NCBI RefSeq assembly: GCF_001194135.2
Contig: NC_068985.1
Span: forward strand, 80,850,778-80,914,777
Direction: 5' to 3'
Length of the DNA: 64,000 bases
Source: Octopus bimaculoides
Lineage: Eukaryota
In this document: piece after piece, positions 27,308-41,371 of the stretch
Layout of the letters: each line of letters begins with the position of its first letter
Numbering within the stretch: position 1 is the stretch's first letter
Translations under genes and position numbers: made by a program
The notes under the pieces: generated by a model
What the model saw: the letters and a program-made list of their open reading frames with translations, nothing else
What the model was told of the DNA's origin: nothing
The model's database searches: none

Positions 27308-27679
27308 TACTCTTTTACTTGTTTCAGTCATCTGACTGTGGCCATGCTGGAGCACCACCTTTAGTTGAGCAAATCGACCCCCAGGACTTATTCTTTGTAA
27401 ACCTAGTACTTATTTTATCGGTCTCTTTTGCTGAACCGCTAAGTTACGGGGACCTAAACACACCAGCATCGGTTATCAAGCGATGTTGGGGGTGACAAAC
27501 ACAAACACACAAACANNNNNNNNNNATATGTGTGTATACATACGACGAGCTTCTTTCAGTTTCCTTTACCAAATCCACTCACAAGGCTTTGCTATAGTAG
27601 AAGACACTTGCCCAAGGTGCCACGCAGTGGGACTGAACCCGGAACCATGTGGTTCGTAAGCAAGCTACTTACCACACAG
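27308..27679 (-). mobile_element. SINE family A copy
   Basis: Colinear with 3901-4354. Its internal microsatellite coincides with a 10-N gap. Confidence 0.8.
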
Positions 27680-27945
27680 ATGTACACATACATTGCACTC
27701 CCACTCCATCTTCCATTCTATATCTAATTACTGAAATGACTTTTGTTGTATTATTAACCATTAATATCTTGATCATTTTAGCAATTTTCATTTCAGTAAG
27801 AGTTGCTTGTTTTTCTTAGTTCTCATTTCTTTGGTAAGAAAACATATTTTTAATGAATTTTTACAAATCCTTTAGCTGTTCAACATGTTTATTGAAAGTA
27901 GTATACAACTATTAATGTGATTTTTCTTTTAAATGTCGTCTGCAG

Positions 27946-28311
27946 GAGCCAGTGGTGATCGCTTGAAAGAAGCTTCAAAAATCAACCTTTCTTTGTCAGC
28001 TTTAGGAAATGTAATATCAGCCTTAGTGAATTCTAAAGTAAAACACATACCTTATCGAGACTCAAGATTAACAAGATTGTTGCAAGACTCCTTGGGAGGT
28101 AATACAAAAACCCTGATGGTAGCGTGTTTGTCACCTGCTGACAACAACTATGATGAAACACTTAGCACTTTGCGATATGCCAACAGAGCTAAAAATATTA
28201 AAAATAAACCAAAGATAAATGAAGATCCAAAAGATGTTCTTCTTAGAGAATATCAAGAGGAGATTACAAAACTGAAGGCTTTGCTGATGGGTCAGAATCA
28301 GTTGACCAAAG
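27946..28311 (+). CDS. KIF17: Kinesin-2 (KIF17/OSM-3-like) internal coding exon, end of motor domain, neck linker and start of coil (366 nt, phase 1-1)
   Basis: Acceptor ttttcttttaaatgtcgtctgcag ends at 27945. Translation (G)[26 protein letters not shown]...[87 protein letters not shown] is KIF17-like. Donor AAAG|GTAAGT at 28311/28312. Confidence 0.95.
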
Positions 28312-28635
28312 GTAAGTCATATTGCTTCGTCTCATTGATTGCATTATAACTTTTACAATAATTTCTGAGGTAACCTTTGTGAATGTATTATAATAGCTGA
28401 GTGGGTAAGGTGTGAGACTATCTGCTCACAAGTCATATGTTTCATAGTTTGTGGGTAGATCATTTTGTTCTGTGATATATCAATTCATTGTGGATTTTGT
28501 ATCAGACCAGCTGAGAATGTTACTGGCAATAGACTAACCTCACAATCAAAAGAAGGCCAATATCCCAGTCAACTAGCACTATGATTCTGGAGTTAAACAC
28601 AGATTCTTGAAAGCTCCTAAATTCATAGGAAGCAC

Positions 28636-28832
28636 TTAACCCTTTAGCATTAAAACTGACCATATTCAGCCAAAATATTCTGCCTCTTTTATGTTCAAAC
28701 ATCTCACACCAACATCTCACACCTACCCTACAATGAAATCTTGAAACCAATAGATAATACATGATTAATTCAAGACATTGTGAATAAATAAGCACTACAT
28801 TTGACAGAGGAACCTGAATGCTAAAGGGTTAA
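28636..28832. mobile_element. piggyBac-type MITE family A, complete copy
   Basis: TTAA|CCCTTTAGCATT...AATGCTAAAGGG|TTAA. Confidence 0.85.
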
Positions 28833-29688
28833 GTTACCATATATTGCAATCTATTTCAAATGAGTTATTTTTACTTTTGGAATGGTAAGATAGGTTTTTA
28901 AAACATTATAATTCATGTAATGGCTAAGGTCTGTGTAACTAAATACAAATTTCTGTTGAATGAACTCATGCAACTAAGATGTGATGGAAAAAAAAAGGTT
29001 TTTAGTGCTTTAATTATATATTCAGTTGTTCATTCATTTAATGTTCATTTTTCCATGCTTGTATGGTTTGCAAGTGTACATTTTTGAGACGGGATTTTGT
29101 GCCCAGAAGCTTTTTCAGTTGTTCACCCTTATGAGTTTTTCAAGGAAGGGATTTCTTATTACATTGGTGGCCCAGAAATACAGAGACACAGCTCATAATA
29201 TCAATGATGAATGTAAACAAACTTTGTTTCACTTAAGCAAAACCATAGGATGTCCTCATTAATGCATATGCATACACTTGCACACACACACACACATACA
29301 CACACACACACACACATACACACATACACACACTTGCATCCCCCCCCCACAGAGCTTTCCTGAAATTTCTCTGCTAAATTCACATACAAGGCATTGATCC
29401 ATTCAGAGCCATAGCAGAAAGGAGACACTTGTTCAAGGTGCTGGTGTTGGTCCTAAAACCATATGGTTCTTAAGCTCATAGCCATACCTGTACCTATATT
29501 TATGTGTGCATGGTTTTCATTTCTAACTGAAAATAAAGCTAAAAGTTTTATTTTATGTCAACTTTATAAATTTGTATTTGGTAACAAAGGGTTAAAAATA
29601 TTTGAATTGCTCTGTTAGGTCATTGATGAAAGTGTGTGTTGATTTTAAAACAATCTGTATCTGTCTTTGTATACATGTACATTGTTCA

Positions 29689-29735
<47 letters not shown>

Positions 29736-31276
29736 TTAAAAAACAAAACTAAAACAAAATAATCTCATGAAATTCATTAGATCTGCATTGTTTGGTGATA
29801 TAAAAAGATTAAAGTATTGATCATCTTATTAAAGCTGCAATTATGGAAATATTGCATGAAAGACTAGGAATGTTCACCAGTTTTGCTGGACATTTCAGAC
29901 CAGTCATCGAAGGCCATTTTGGTTTCAATGGATGACTGCTTTGGCTGATTTAGCCGATGCTTTCAACTTCTAAACCAACATTTATGCATTTATTGAATTC
30001 TTCCTGATTGCTAGGAATGTCGACTGATCAATGGCTTTAGCACCAATAGAATTAATTCTTAGCTCTTTATGCTAATTAAATGTCTTCAAGGATTATAATA
30101 TTTTGTGTTTGTAGTTCATCTTGGAATGAGCTTAATTATTCTCTTTCAAATGGTTACTTTTCATTGCATTCTTTAATTCAAATTAAACTGTTGAAAGTTT
30201 TGTAAAGATTTTTCGTTTAGGGCATTTAAGAATAATAGTTACTAATTTTTACTGTTATTGATTAAATAAATTCAGCTTTTGTTTCTAAAGAGCTCTGTAG
30301 AAAAGAAATGACCCTATTACTGATGCAATCATACTGATTATGATAATCATTTTTTTCCTCTGGTTTGTCACCCACTCCTTTAAAAAACACTTAATATTAG
30401 ATTTCTATCTTACTAATACTTCAGAGTATTTCCAAAGATGTTATTTTATTCTTCAGAAAGATCTCTCACCTGCAGCTACTTCACATTTCACTGTGTTTAA
30501 AACTTTTTCATTATTATTAAGCTGTTAGAGGACTGTTATTTAGTATTTGGTCCTTTCTTATAAACTCAAAATTCAAATTTTGCTATAGTTGACTTATAAG
30601 TGTTCTGTAAAAAAATATACTCTATTCAATTGAAAATGATTTTTGAAAATAAGTTGAAAATAATTGCCTTGTGTCTAATTAATAACAATTTTTTTGTGTG
30701 TGTTATTGTTAAAAGTCATGAGTTCAAATTGTGAATCTTGCCTTCAAGCAAAGCACATGATTCTCCTTGTAAACTTAGCTAACATTGAGACTGACTTCAT
30801 GTAAAATACTATTTCCTCTGAATACATTTCAACATTTAGACAAAGTTTCATTCTACAACCTTTTAGTAATGATTTAATGATTTAGTAATGATTTGATAAT
30901 AGTGTAAGACATTGTTGATAATAAAAATATAGTTTTCCAGTTACCAGTTATATTTTAGCCAAGAAGTATAGAATTTAATTCTGTGTGGAGTAAAACAACT
31001 CCCACTCATCAAAAAAACTAAATTAGTGGAAAATCCTTACCACCCATTTTTCTTTATTAATGAGAATATAGAATACAGTTTGCATCCATATAATTATTCT
31101 TTTGTTGTTGAGTTTTTAAAGTTTAAAACCATCTCAATTTTATCAAACGCAGCAATTTGCCTACCCACTTTTTAATCCTCAAGGTTCACATCACATGAGA
31201 AACACTGCATTATGCTGTTCATATCACCTACTGAATTTGTTACTATAACTACTATGATGATGACGGTTGTTACTAT

Positions 31277-31321
<45 letters not shown>

Positions 31322-31913
31322 ACAATATTTATAGAGCACGCCATCCAAGTTTTCAATTTGCATATAATAATATTAACTCAAATTTAATAAAAATAATATT
31401 TGAAATTTCCTATTGGTGGCTGTTAGTAGTTAATTCTATGTATTTTGGTCAATGATTTGATATTGAATGGTGTAGGGTTAGTTTTGAAGTAGTTTCTGAG
31501 ACAGGATTGGAAGATATCTGTTCAATTAAGGAGGAGCCATAAGTATTGATCATTTTGTAGATCAGAACTGTTGTTTTTGACGTTCTACACTATGTTCTTA
31601 GTAGTAAATGGAAACTGGATGAGACATCAATAAATTTAAAACATTTGAATATCTTGACTTAGAATATTTTCAAAGCTATGTGAATAAAATTTTACATTAT
31701 TGTACATGAGGTGCAGGCGTGGCTGTGTGGTAAGAAACTGCTTCCCAACTTCATGGTTCTGGGTTCAGCCCCACTGTAGCATCTTGGGCAAGTGGTTTCT
31801 ACAATAGCTACAGGCTGGACAAATCCTTGTGAGTGGATGTGGATATATATATATATATATATATATAAATATTCATGCATACTTATGTGTACATGTGTGT
31901 GTGTGTGTATGTG

Positions 31914-32007
<94 letters not shown>

Positions 32008-35000
32008 GTATATTAACATAATATTAGTGGCAAGCAGTGTTTAGACATAAGCAAAGTTTAAGTTAGTTTGTGACATATTTCAATTGCTAAAAGACAAATT
32101 CACTGCAGTTACCATGGAGAAAATTTTCTCTTATGGTAGAATGGTGTAAACAAAACCATATCTGTTCAGTGTCACCATCTATCAATGTGTAATAAACATT
32201 TAGCATGAATTGCATCATGAACTGAACTTTGGGAGTAACAACTAATAATGCAATTAGGATATAGGGTGGTTAGTGTTAGGAAGGTCATCCAGCCATAAAA
32301 GCCATGTCAAAACAGACACAGTAGCCTGGTGTAGTCTCCTACCTGGCCAGCTCCTGTCAAACCATCCAATCTATGCCAGCATGAAAGATGGATGTTAAAT
32401 GATGATGATGATATATATACATGCATGTTTATTTATCTGTTAGGCTTATGGTGATGAAATAAAGCTAAAACATTCAATGTATGTTGTAAGCCACTCTTTA
32501 AAAAAAAAAAAAAAATGTAATCCTCTCTCTTCAAAAAAAAAAAAAAAAAAAAAAAAAAGAAAAATTCAGAACAATAAGGCAAACAGTCCAAAAGCATTTT
32601 TCATTACCTTCATAAAATTTAGAATTAAACATTTTAAGGATAGAAAATGAAAAAAATGAAAGTATTTATAAAATGAATGACTGTCACATTGAGTTTGTTA
32701 GTTGATATTTGTACATACAGTTATTGGGACTCATTTTCTAATATCTCAACAACTCGTTTAACACTCCACCAAAGGAACATCTGTGTAGTTGATCAACATG
32801 AGAAAAATAACAGCTGAATCTCTCTCAGGTAATTTATTGTCTTGAAAAAGAACACATTGGACAAAGTAGTCCAAGACACAATGTCTGAAAAAGGGGGAAA
32901 AAAATGGGGAGTCATGGCTGGGATGATTTTGCTCATAGGTCTTCTTGAGCAGGACAGACCTGATATCAAAAATTCATAACAATGACTTTTGTGGAAAGTT
33001 ATGTTTCATGAAGACAATTTATTTCAGTCTATTAATAAGACGGTTAATGTATCTTCTAGAATTTTGAATATTTTCTCAACTGGATTATTTTGTTCACCAA
33101 ATGATGTTTTAACACTCACCAGTTGTCTTTTATCTTGTTACTGAACAATGAAAATATATTTTAAATGATACATGCACACACAGATACACATTCATGCATA
33201 AATATAGTTATAAATAAATAGATAGTATCTGCATGCTGTTAGTTGTTATATGTGTCCACATCATATTATATCAATTATTTTTCCCTATTGCAAGATCAAT
33301 TTTTACAAAATTGGTTGTATGAGTGATCAAAATGGTTCCAGTACTTTATTGATATTTGTCTTATTAACTGTTGGGTAATGAAAAGCAAAATTAACCCTGC
33401 TAAGACTTTACCCTGAATTAAATATAATAAGACATTTAGTATGGTGCTCTACCATTTCTGCTAACTTCCCACTCACATATTCCAGTTGATTAGGAAAAGA
33501 AAGAAAACCTTTTAAAAGAGATTTTTGAAGGGGATTTTGATTGCTATTATTATGTTGACAGTTAACACAATATGTTACATAAGTAATAGGGCTCTTTTGT
33601 CTAGTTCAATCGAATAATATGCATATCTTTATTGGATCGGTATCTTGTACATTCTCTGGCACTTGCTTCAGACTATTACTCTATCAGTACTTATACGGTA
33701 TTTTCCTTTTTCTTTTGTCATTATGTTTTTCTCTTTTTTGGTTGGTTTGAAAATTTTAAGTCTATACAAGTAGACACTTGTCAAATGAAGTAGTTAAATT
33801 TCAGATAACATCATCTAACATTACTTTCAGGAGTCAGAAGGATCTCTTCTTACTTTTTCTTCCATTAAGAATGCATTTTATAATTATGAAATAGCTTGCA
33901 AATCCTGTAACTTACAATTTATCAAAACTTAACTGGACATATTGAGTCATTTGTCAATTTCAAAGTCAAGTAGCTAATCATGTGACTAATTATGATTACA
34001 TGCTGTTTTCTTCAATATGTAATCTTAGTTTAAGTCTTGAAATTTGATTAATGCTTATTGCTTTCCTAAGAGCCACTTAAAAATGGATGTTTTGATAGTA
34101 AAGATTAAAAGTCTTTTGGTGCATTTTTCTACTCTAACTTACTATTTTGTCATGGAAAACTCATTAAAAACCAACAAATAAATGTATATATAAATACAAA
34201 ATGTAAAAAGTTAATATCAAAGTAAAAATGTCTATAGTAACTTTTGAAAAAGAATTTATAAAATTGTATTGATATTTCATTTTGTGATGTTGATAGTTTC
34301 CATGTGGATCAATCTCCCATGTTTTGAAGCTGCCTTCTTCAGTAATCATAAGTGCAGGCTAGGAGGTCTTTGGAATAATGAGGATTATGAAATAGAGTTA
34401 AGATAAATAGCACCAAATTAATATAGAATTTCATAAATTAGATTGAAATAAAAGGAGGCATTGTTGAATCACTTTAAAATCACTTTTTAGATAATTATAG
34501 TTGGGAATTTTCTTTGATGAAATTTCTACTTTTCTTTTGTATGGAACTGGTATTAAATATATTTTTTAAATTTTATTTTTACATTTATTTGATATAAAGG
34601 GACAGATATTTTGGAAAATTCTCATCAGGCAATAAGCAGTCCATTTAGAGAACATTTTGGGCAAAACCTTGTCATAATTAATATTTTTAATACAATGTGA
34701 TGTAATAAAAGAACAATGCATAACTTTAGAATGGAATATCTTGAATATTAAATCTTTACATTAATGGGATTTAGGAAATTTATTTTCATTTTTTATTCTC
34801 TTTTAATTTCACACTCCATTTTGATAATTTCAAATAATATGTACTAAATGTTACCAATTGCATAGGTATTCTAAAAGTTTATAAACTGAGGAAAATGTAT
34901 TGAAAGGGTAATTGTTAAATGCTAATACAGGATATTAGCTAATGTAAATGGGTGTTAATAAAATGTTTTACATTCATATATTTCAAAGATATAGGTATCA

Positions 35001-35241
35001 GAATTAGTGGAATACCTGCCAGTGACAGCATTGACCTTAAAATTTCCAAGTTTTTAACAATATATACCAGCCTGGTATTGTGATTTATTCAGTCAACTGT
35101 TCTCTCTCTTCATAATTTCATAATTTCTGGCCACAAAGGAAATAATGATTATTTATACACTTATTACATCTATTATATTTAATGACACTAAATCATATAT
35201 TGTACACTTTAAATCTGCTTTATAAATGCGATTACATGTGC

Positions 35242-35299
<58 letters not shown>

Positions 35300-35816
35300 G
35301 TTTGTATGCGCATATACATGTATGTATGAGTATGTGTGTGCGAATGCATGTATGTATTTTTGTGTGTGTATATGTATGTATGTAAGTATACATGTATGCA
35401 TGTATGTATGTATGTATGTATGTATCTATTATATTTCTACATGTAAATATGTACTTTACAACAAAAGCTGAATAATTCTTTGGGTGAATATTACATTCTT
35501 TTTATTATGACTGAACATACGAAGCAGTGAGCTGGCAGAATTGTTAGCTTACTGGACAAAATGCTTAGCGGCACTTTGTCTTTATGTTCTGAGTTCAAAT
35601 TCCACCATGGTTGACATTGTCTTTCATCTTTTTGAGGTCAATAAAATAAGTACCAATGAAGCACTGGGGTTGATGTAATCGACTTGCCCCCTCCTCTAAT
35701 GTTTCAGGTTCTTGTGCCTGTAGCAGAATTGATCATAACTCAATATAAAAGTAAACATTAGTACACACACACACACATACACACATGTATATAGGTATTT
35801 ACACACACATACACAT

Positions 35817-35869
<53 letters not shown>

Positions 35870-36712
35870 TTAACATCTATTTTCCATGCTGGCATGAGAT
35901 GGATGGTTTTACAGGAGCTTGCAAGTAAGAACATTGTGCTATGCTCCACTGTCTGTTTTTGTACTGTTTCTACAGCTGGATGCTCTTCATAATATTTGTG
36001 TGTATAAATGCAACATCACTGAATGGTTAAGAAGCTTGTTTAGAAGTCACAAGGCTCCATTTTTGAGCCCACTGTATAATATCTTGGGTAGGTTTCTTTT
36101 ACTATAGACTGAAGTTGATTTAAATCTTGCATGTAAAACTGAGATGATGGAATTCAAAGACAAAGCCTTGTCACACATTGTATCATGACAATGCAACTTC
36201 TACTTGAAGGTCATTTAAAAGGTACATATTTCTGTGGCATACTTAACCACTTACGTGTTAATTCAGTAACCATATACACATCTGGACTTAGATAGACTTA
36301 GGCAGTTGCAATCTTAATTCCGATTGGTAGTCAGTATTATAACATTTAGATATTTCAGTGATTATTCATTCTGCCAGCCACTGCTGAAATAAAGGCAGTA
36401 CTCTTTTAGCCACACAATGCATAAGTTATTGATACCATGTGCAGGTGGTATATAAATTAACTGGGAACAAACAAAAGATGAAACAGTTTCTTTGTGTAAT
36501 GAAGAGAAGTAATAATTGTCATAGCAAAAGTAATGAAAATACTTCCAGTGTGCTCTACTGGGAGGGAATATAACTTGGATGCTGAAATACATGCCAGGGG
36601 CAATATAGTTGTTACTATGACTTTATGTCTATGTGAATTAAACAATTGGGAAGAATAGGTCTTAGCTACATCACCACTATTTAACTCCTCCTCCTCCTCC
36701 TCCTCCTCCTCC

Positions 36713-36752
<40 letters not shown>

Positions 36753-36939
36753 GCTCATCATCTGTCTGTCTGTCTATAAGGTGCTGTGTGGTAAGAAGTT
36801 TGCTTCTCAACCACATGTTTCTGGATTCAGTTCCACTATATGACACCTTGGGCAAATGTTTTCTATTATAGCTCTGGGCCAGCCAAAGCCTTGTGAGTGT
36901 ATTTAGTAGACAGAAACTGAAGAAAGTCCATTGGTGATA

Positions 36940-37011
<72 letters not shown>

Positions 37012-37345
37012 ATGGACTCTCTTGTTAGATGGCATATGAGGGTTTGACAATTTCTTACTGCACAACCACACAGATAATTTGTTTATAGTGATCAAATGTT
37101 TGTGTACACATAAGCTCACTTCCTCCATCAAATCGACATTACCTGTACAGGTGCAATGAGTGCCACATGTCAAATGATGAAATGATTGCAGAGCAATGTG
37201 AAATGAAGTGTTTTGCTCAAGAACACAATGCAACTCCCAGTCTAGGAATCGAACACATGATCTTGCAATCGTGAATGCAACACTTTAGCCACTGAGCCAT
37301 GCACCTTCATAATATATATATATAGATTGATAGATGGATAGATAT

Positions 37346-40300
37346 GTTTCTTTATTGGCCACACAGGGCTGAACACAGAAGGGACAAAATACAAAGTAGA
37401 GCTTTTCTTTTTGGGAAGAGAGAAAAAAAGTGTGGTTTAGAAATTTGATCAAAAGGGATTGTGGAAAAAAAAAAGGCCGATCAGTAAGGATCGTGTATCA
37501 CAGAAATGTCATAATGTAAAACGGGGAAACAGATTAGGTTTATCCATGGAAAGAAAAGCCTATGGAAAAGACTACGGTAACCTCGGGCAATAATGCCATG
37601 CAAAAAAACACATTACAGTAAGTGACTCTCCTTTTTTGTTTCCTTTTTTGATTCATAGGATTATGCTCAAGGTGGCTCCTTCATTCACACGTGCCATCCT
37701 TGCTACATTCACCCATCTTTTTTTGAAACATTCACTAGACAAAACTTGCCTCTCTACTCACACTTTCCTCTTCAAGGGATACTTGAAAAGTTGATGAGAG
37801 ATTGACCAGAGAGGAAAGTGTTTGTCTCTAGACCTTTCAGATGCATCCACCATACACATTCTTTTGCCATGGCCACAAGTACAATGAAAATGGCTCTTCC
37901 TTCCTGTTTCAAGGAAGGAGGTGTGACAATATTCACGATAGACTCCATTGATAAACTGACTGGTCCCACACGCGATAACAATCGTTCAACATAGGCCCAC
38001 AGATCGGAAATGGTTGGACAATGTATGAGTGCATGCAGAATGGTTTTGTCACTCTAACTGCATCTTGGGCAGGTTAGCCCCATGTTTCTCAAGCCATGCT
38101 TGTAGAGCTTATCCTGAATGGGTAGTGCTTCTTGATAGCACTGCCAGGCCAGGGATCTCTGGAAGTTGTCCCATAGGTCCTGGCCTGAAAGTTGTCTAGA
38201 AGAGGCGGGTCAGGTATTCCTCATTGATGCCCAGGTTTGCCCTGAGTTTGTCGTCGTACCTCCCCTCCACCAGTCCCCTATAGAATGCTTTTGTTGTGTT
38301 GGAGTTGCTCAAGGTCGATCCGGGACAGCATAGTTGTTCGAGAGCAACACAACACTCACGGTGCCATTCACCCTTCCTCGGCCTTTTTTGATCCACGACT
38401 GCAGTTTTGTGATGGAGATGAGGTGCTGGAAAGCACGCCTCACCAACGCCAACCACACCTGTTCACTATCGTCTACGTAGTGCCGGAGATGTTGCAGTCT
38501 CAGTGCATGTCTGTGCATCATCAACCACGGCATGCCCAGCCCCCCTTTTAACGGGTGTTGGCAGCAAATGGATCGCCTGACCATCGGAATGCATCCTTTC
38601 AACAAGAAGCAGAAGAGAATGCATTCCAGTTTAGTGATGGTGGGGTTGAGACAAGTCATGATGGTCAGGCGGTAGTAGATGACAGACGCGATGTACGTGT
38701 TCGCCACCTCCACCCGACCTTTTAGGGACAGCTTCCTCTCGGCTCATTGCCGCTCAAGAGTGATCATCCTACTCATTATCTTGTTCCAGTTCTTCTCCGT
38801 TTGCAGTTTCAGACCAAACCAGACCCTGAGCAACTCTATTGGACTGTCGGTCCAGCGCCCCACCATGGAGGCGCTGGTGGATGGCATGGGCTTGCTTCTC
38901 CAGGTGCTGAGCCGCAAGTCCACTGACTTTTCCTGGTTGATTTTCACTCCTGTTATCGCTTCATAGTCTTTCAGTGTCTTGCCAACCATCTCGATGTGCT
39001 CCTGGCTAGACACTATGATGGTGACGTTGTCTGCATATGCAGACATGCTCATCTCGCATCCCAAATCTCGCAGGATACCCCTCAGCATTGCCAGCTTCCG
39101 CAGTAGTGGCTCAAGAGTCAATATGTATAAAAGTGATGAGAGGAGGCATCCCTGATGGACCAAACGTGCAATGTTGAACGGTCTTGATAGATGTCCATTC
39201 ATGCGAATTACCGAATGGATGCCTCTGGACAAAGCAGGTATCCAGCCGCAGAAGACGGGACCAAAACCAGCCATTATGAGGACAGCCTCCAAGTATTGAT
39301 TGTCTACCCTATCGAAAGCTTTGGATAGATCAAAATTGATCAGGGCCCCACCCATGCCAGGTTCCTTAACTACCCTGTCTATGATGTAGCACATCAGATG
39401 AAGGTTGTCATGGATGCTCTGGCTCAGCACAGCGCACGTTTGCACCTTGTCGACCAGTTTCTCGAGGACAAGTGCGAACCTCTTGGCTAACACCTTGGCC
39501 AAAATTTTCAAGTCTGCATTGAGCAGAGTGATAGGCCTAAAGTTATCTATTACGTCCCCCTTGTTTGGATCTTTCTTCAGCAGTGTTACAGCTCCTCGGC
39601 TCACAAAACCGGGGATGCTCCCGTTTTGCTGCCAGTTGCAGTACACTGCTGCCAAGATTTCTCCAAACAAGTCTGGCATACAACTGTAAAGCTCGTAGGG
39701 TAGACCATCGAAAGCTGGCGATTTGTCCCGCGAGCATTCTGCCATCGCGTCCTGCACTTCCATCACCATGATGGCACCTTCGCAGCACTCTGCCTCTCTT
39801 GTCGAGAGTCGTGGCAGGCTGTGTAGGTAGGCACTGAAGTCCACCCTGCATTCTCGCTCACCACTGAGCAGTCGGGCAAAATACTGTTGAAAGGCCTCAC
39901 ACATTTTACTTGACTTGAGTAATTTGTGCCCCTGTTCATCTACCAGAGACTGAATGGTGGCTTTGTTGCCCTGTTGCACCTCTGCCACCCAGGCCTCTCG
40001 TTTGGCTCCAACACCTTCGTTTCTTAGAGCATGCATCCTAGCCCTGACAACACACCCTTTGTGTTTGACATTGAAGTGTTTGTCGAGGGCCAACCTCACT
40101 GCCAAAATGCCAGGTACGATGCCACTTCTAATCGCCTCTTCTAGCTTCTTAACTAGGTCACGCTCTACTCTGTTTCTGTCTATGGCTAGTGCTTTGCTAT
40201 ACCTAACTGCTTCTGCTTTTATTGCTCTCTTGAGGGCAAACCACCATTTGTTGTTGATGATGGCTCCTGTCAAAGTCCTCTTTACTAGCTTTTCTGGCTA

Positions 40301-40839
40301 TTTGCCATTCCTCACTGCTTTCATGTTCCGACGAAATTTCTGAGGAATCGGAAGGGGATAGGGGCATGTTGTAAGCTTCTATGTGTACTTGTGTAAGTGG
40401 TTGTGTTGTTGTTTTCCTTGATGTTGGTTGTTGACTGTTTGTGTGTGGTGTATGTGATGCAGGGGAAGGGGAATCAGTTTTTGTATTGTCTTTTGGTTTT
40501 TCTGTTTCTTTAGTTCTTGCTGTTGTTGTTGGTGCTTTTCCAGGTGCTGTTGTGTGTTCATTTGTTGGTGTTGGTGGGTTTGGTTGGTGTGTTTCTTTTG
40601 TCATACTCCCTTTGCTTGTCTTCTGTGTTGATGGTGGTGTGGGTAGTAAGGGTTCTTTTTTTCCTTTTGCTTTTTCCTTGTTGTGGTTGTTGTTCTTTTT
40701 CTTATTTTTGCTGTCCCTTCACTGTTGGGCACCAAGTTTTTAGGTGCTCTTTGCTGCCACACAAGTAACATCGAGGCCTCTTACCTTCTACCACCACGTA
40801 TAGGTTATGGCCGTCTGGCAGCTCAATTTGGCGTGGGAT
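37346..40839 (-). mobile_element. Tx1/L1-clade non-LTR retrotransposon, 5'-truncated, internally deleted, degenerate
   Basis: ORF1 remnant with CX2CX4HX4C knuckle (CYLCGSKEHLKTWC, ~40730-40775). ORF2 has RT motifs. The 3' UTR has AATAAA at 37351-37356 (minus strand). Both ends abut (GATA)n-type repeats. Confidence 0.9.
37653..40273 (-). pseudogene. LINE ORF2 reverse transcriptase plus C-terminal region, frameshifted
   Basis: ORF 38744-40273 carries KSPAFDGLPYELY, NFRPITLLNADLKILAK, DLSKAFDRVD, QGCLLSSLLY and YADN (catalytic YADD altered). It continues in other frames (KGGLGMP) to a TGA at 37653-37655. Confidence 0.88.
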
Positions 40840-40847
40840 TAGATAGA

Positions 40848-40894
<47 letters not shown>

Positions 40895-41371
40895 CTAGCT
40901 ATGTGTGTTTGTTTTTCTGTCTTTGTTTGCCTCTCACCATCACTTGACAACTAGTGTTGGTTTATTTATGTTCTGAAAATCCATGGTTTGGTAAAGAGAG
41001 ACTGACAGAATAAGTACCAGGCTTAAAAGATCAGTACTGGGGTCTATTTGTTGGACCCTTCAATGGTATATAGATACATATACTTTGCTTTTCATTTGCT
41101 TGAGATCATGAAAATATGTACCCTCTGTGGTGGACTAGTTGAAAACATGGATGGATTATTAAGATGTTTACTTCATAAAGTTCAATCCCTTTGAGTGGTA
41201 CTAAAGGTAAATGCCTTCTGCTGTAACCAAAGATTTTTCAGTGCAATTGGGCAGATGGGAACTGTGCAGAGGCTCATCTAATGGATTATAGCAGTCATTC
41301 AAAAGGTTAACATTCTTTCTGCTGATTCCTCAGGAGGGTTTCATTACAGCTATCTATAACTGTGTTGTTGT

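Larger units (their letters stand above)
16894..27945 (+). other. 11,052-bp GC-AG intron of the kinesin gene
   Basis: Only a cut at ACAG|GCAAGT keeps the frame (KT-G|[11 protein letters not shown]). The nearest GT (16898) adds 4 nt and frameshifts. Confidence 0.85.

Noticed and set aside
28027-28032. LVNSK instead of the usual LVDGK; AAT could be edited to GAT (restorative editing)
   Set aside because: The position is a variable loop and the 5' neighbour is G, which ADAR disfavours. No evidence without RNA data.
39405-40768. Plus-strand ORFs of 68-129 aa overlapping the LINE
   Set aside because: Antisense shadows of the GC-richer LINE coding sequence.
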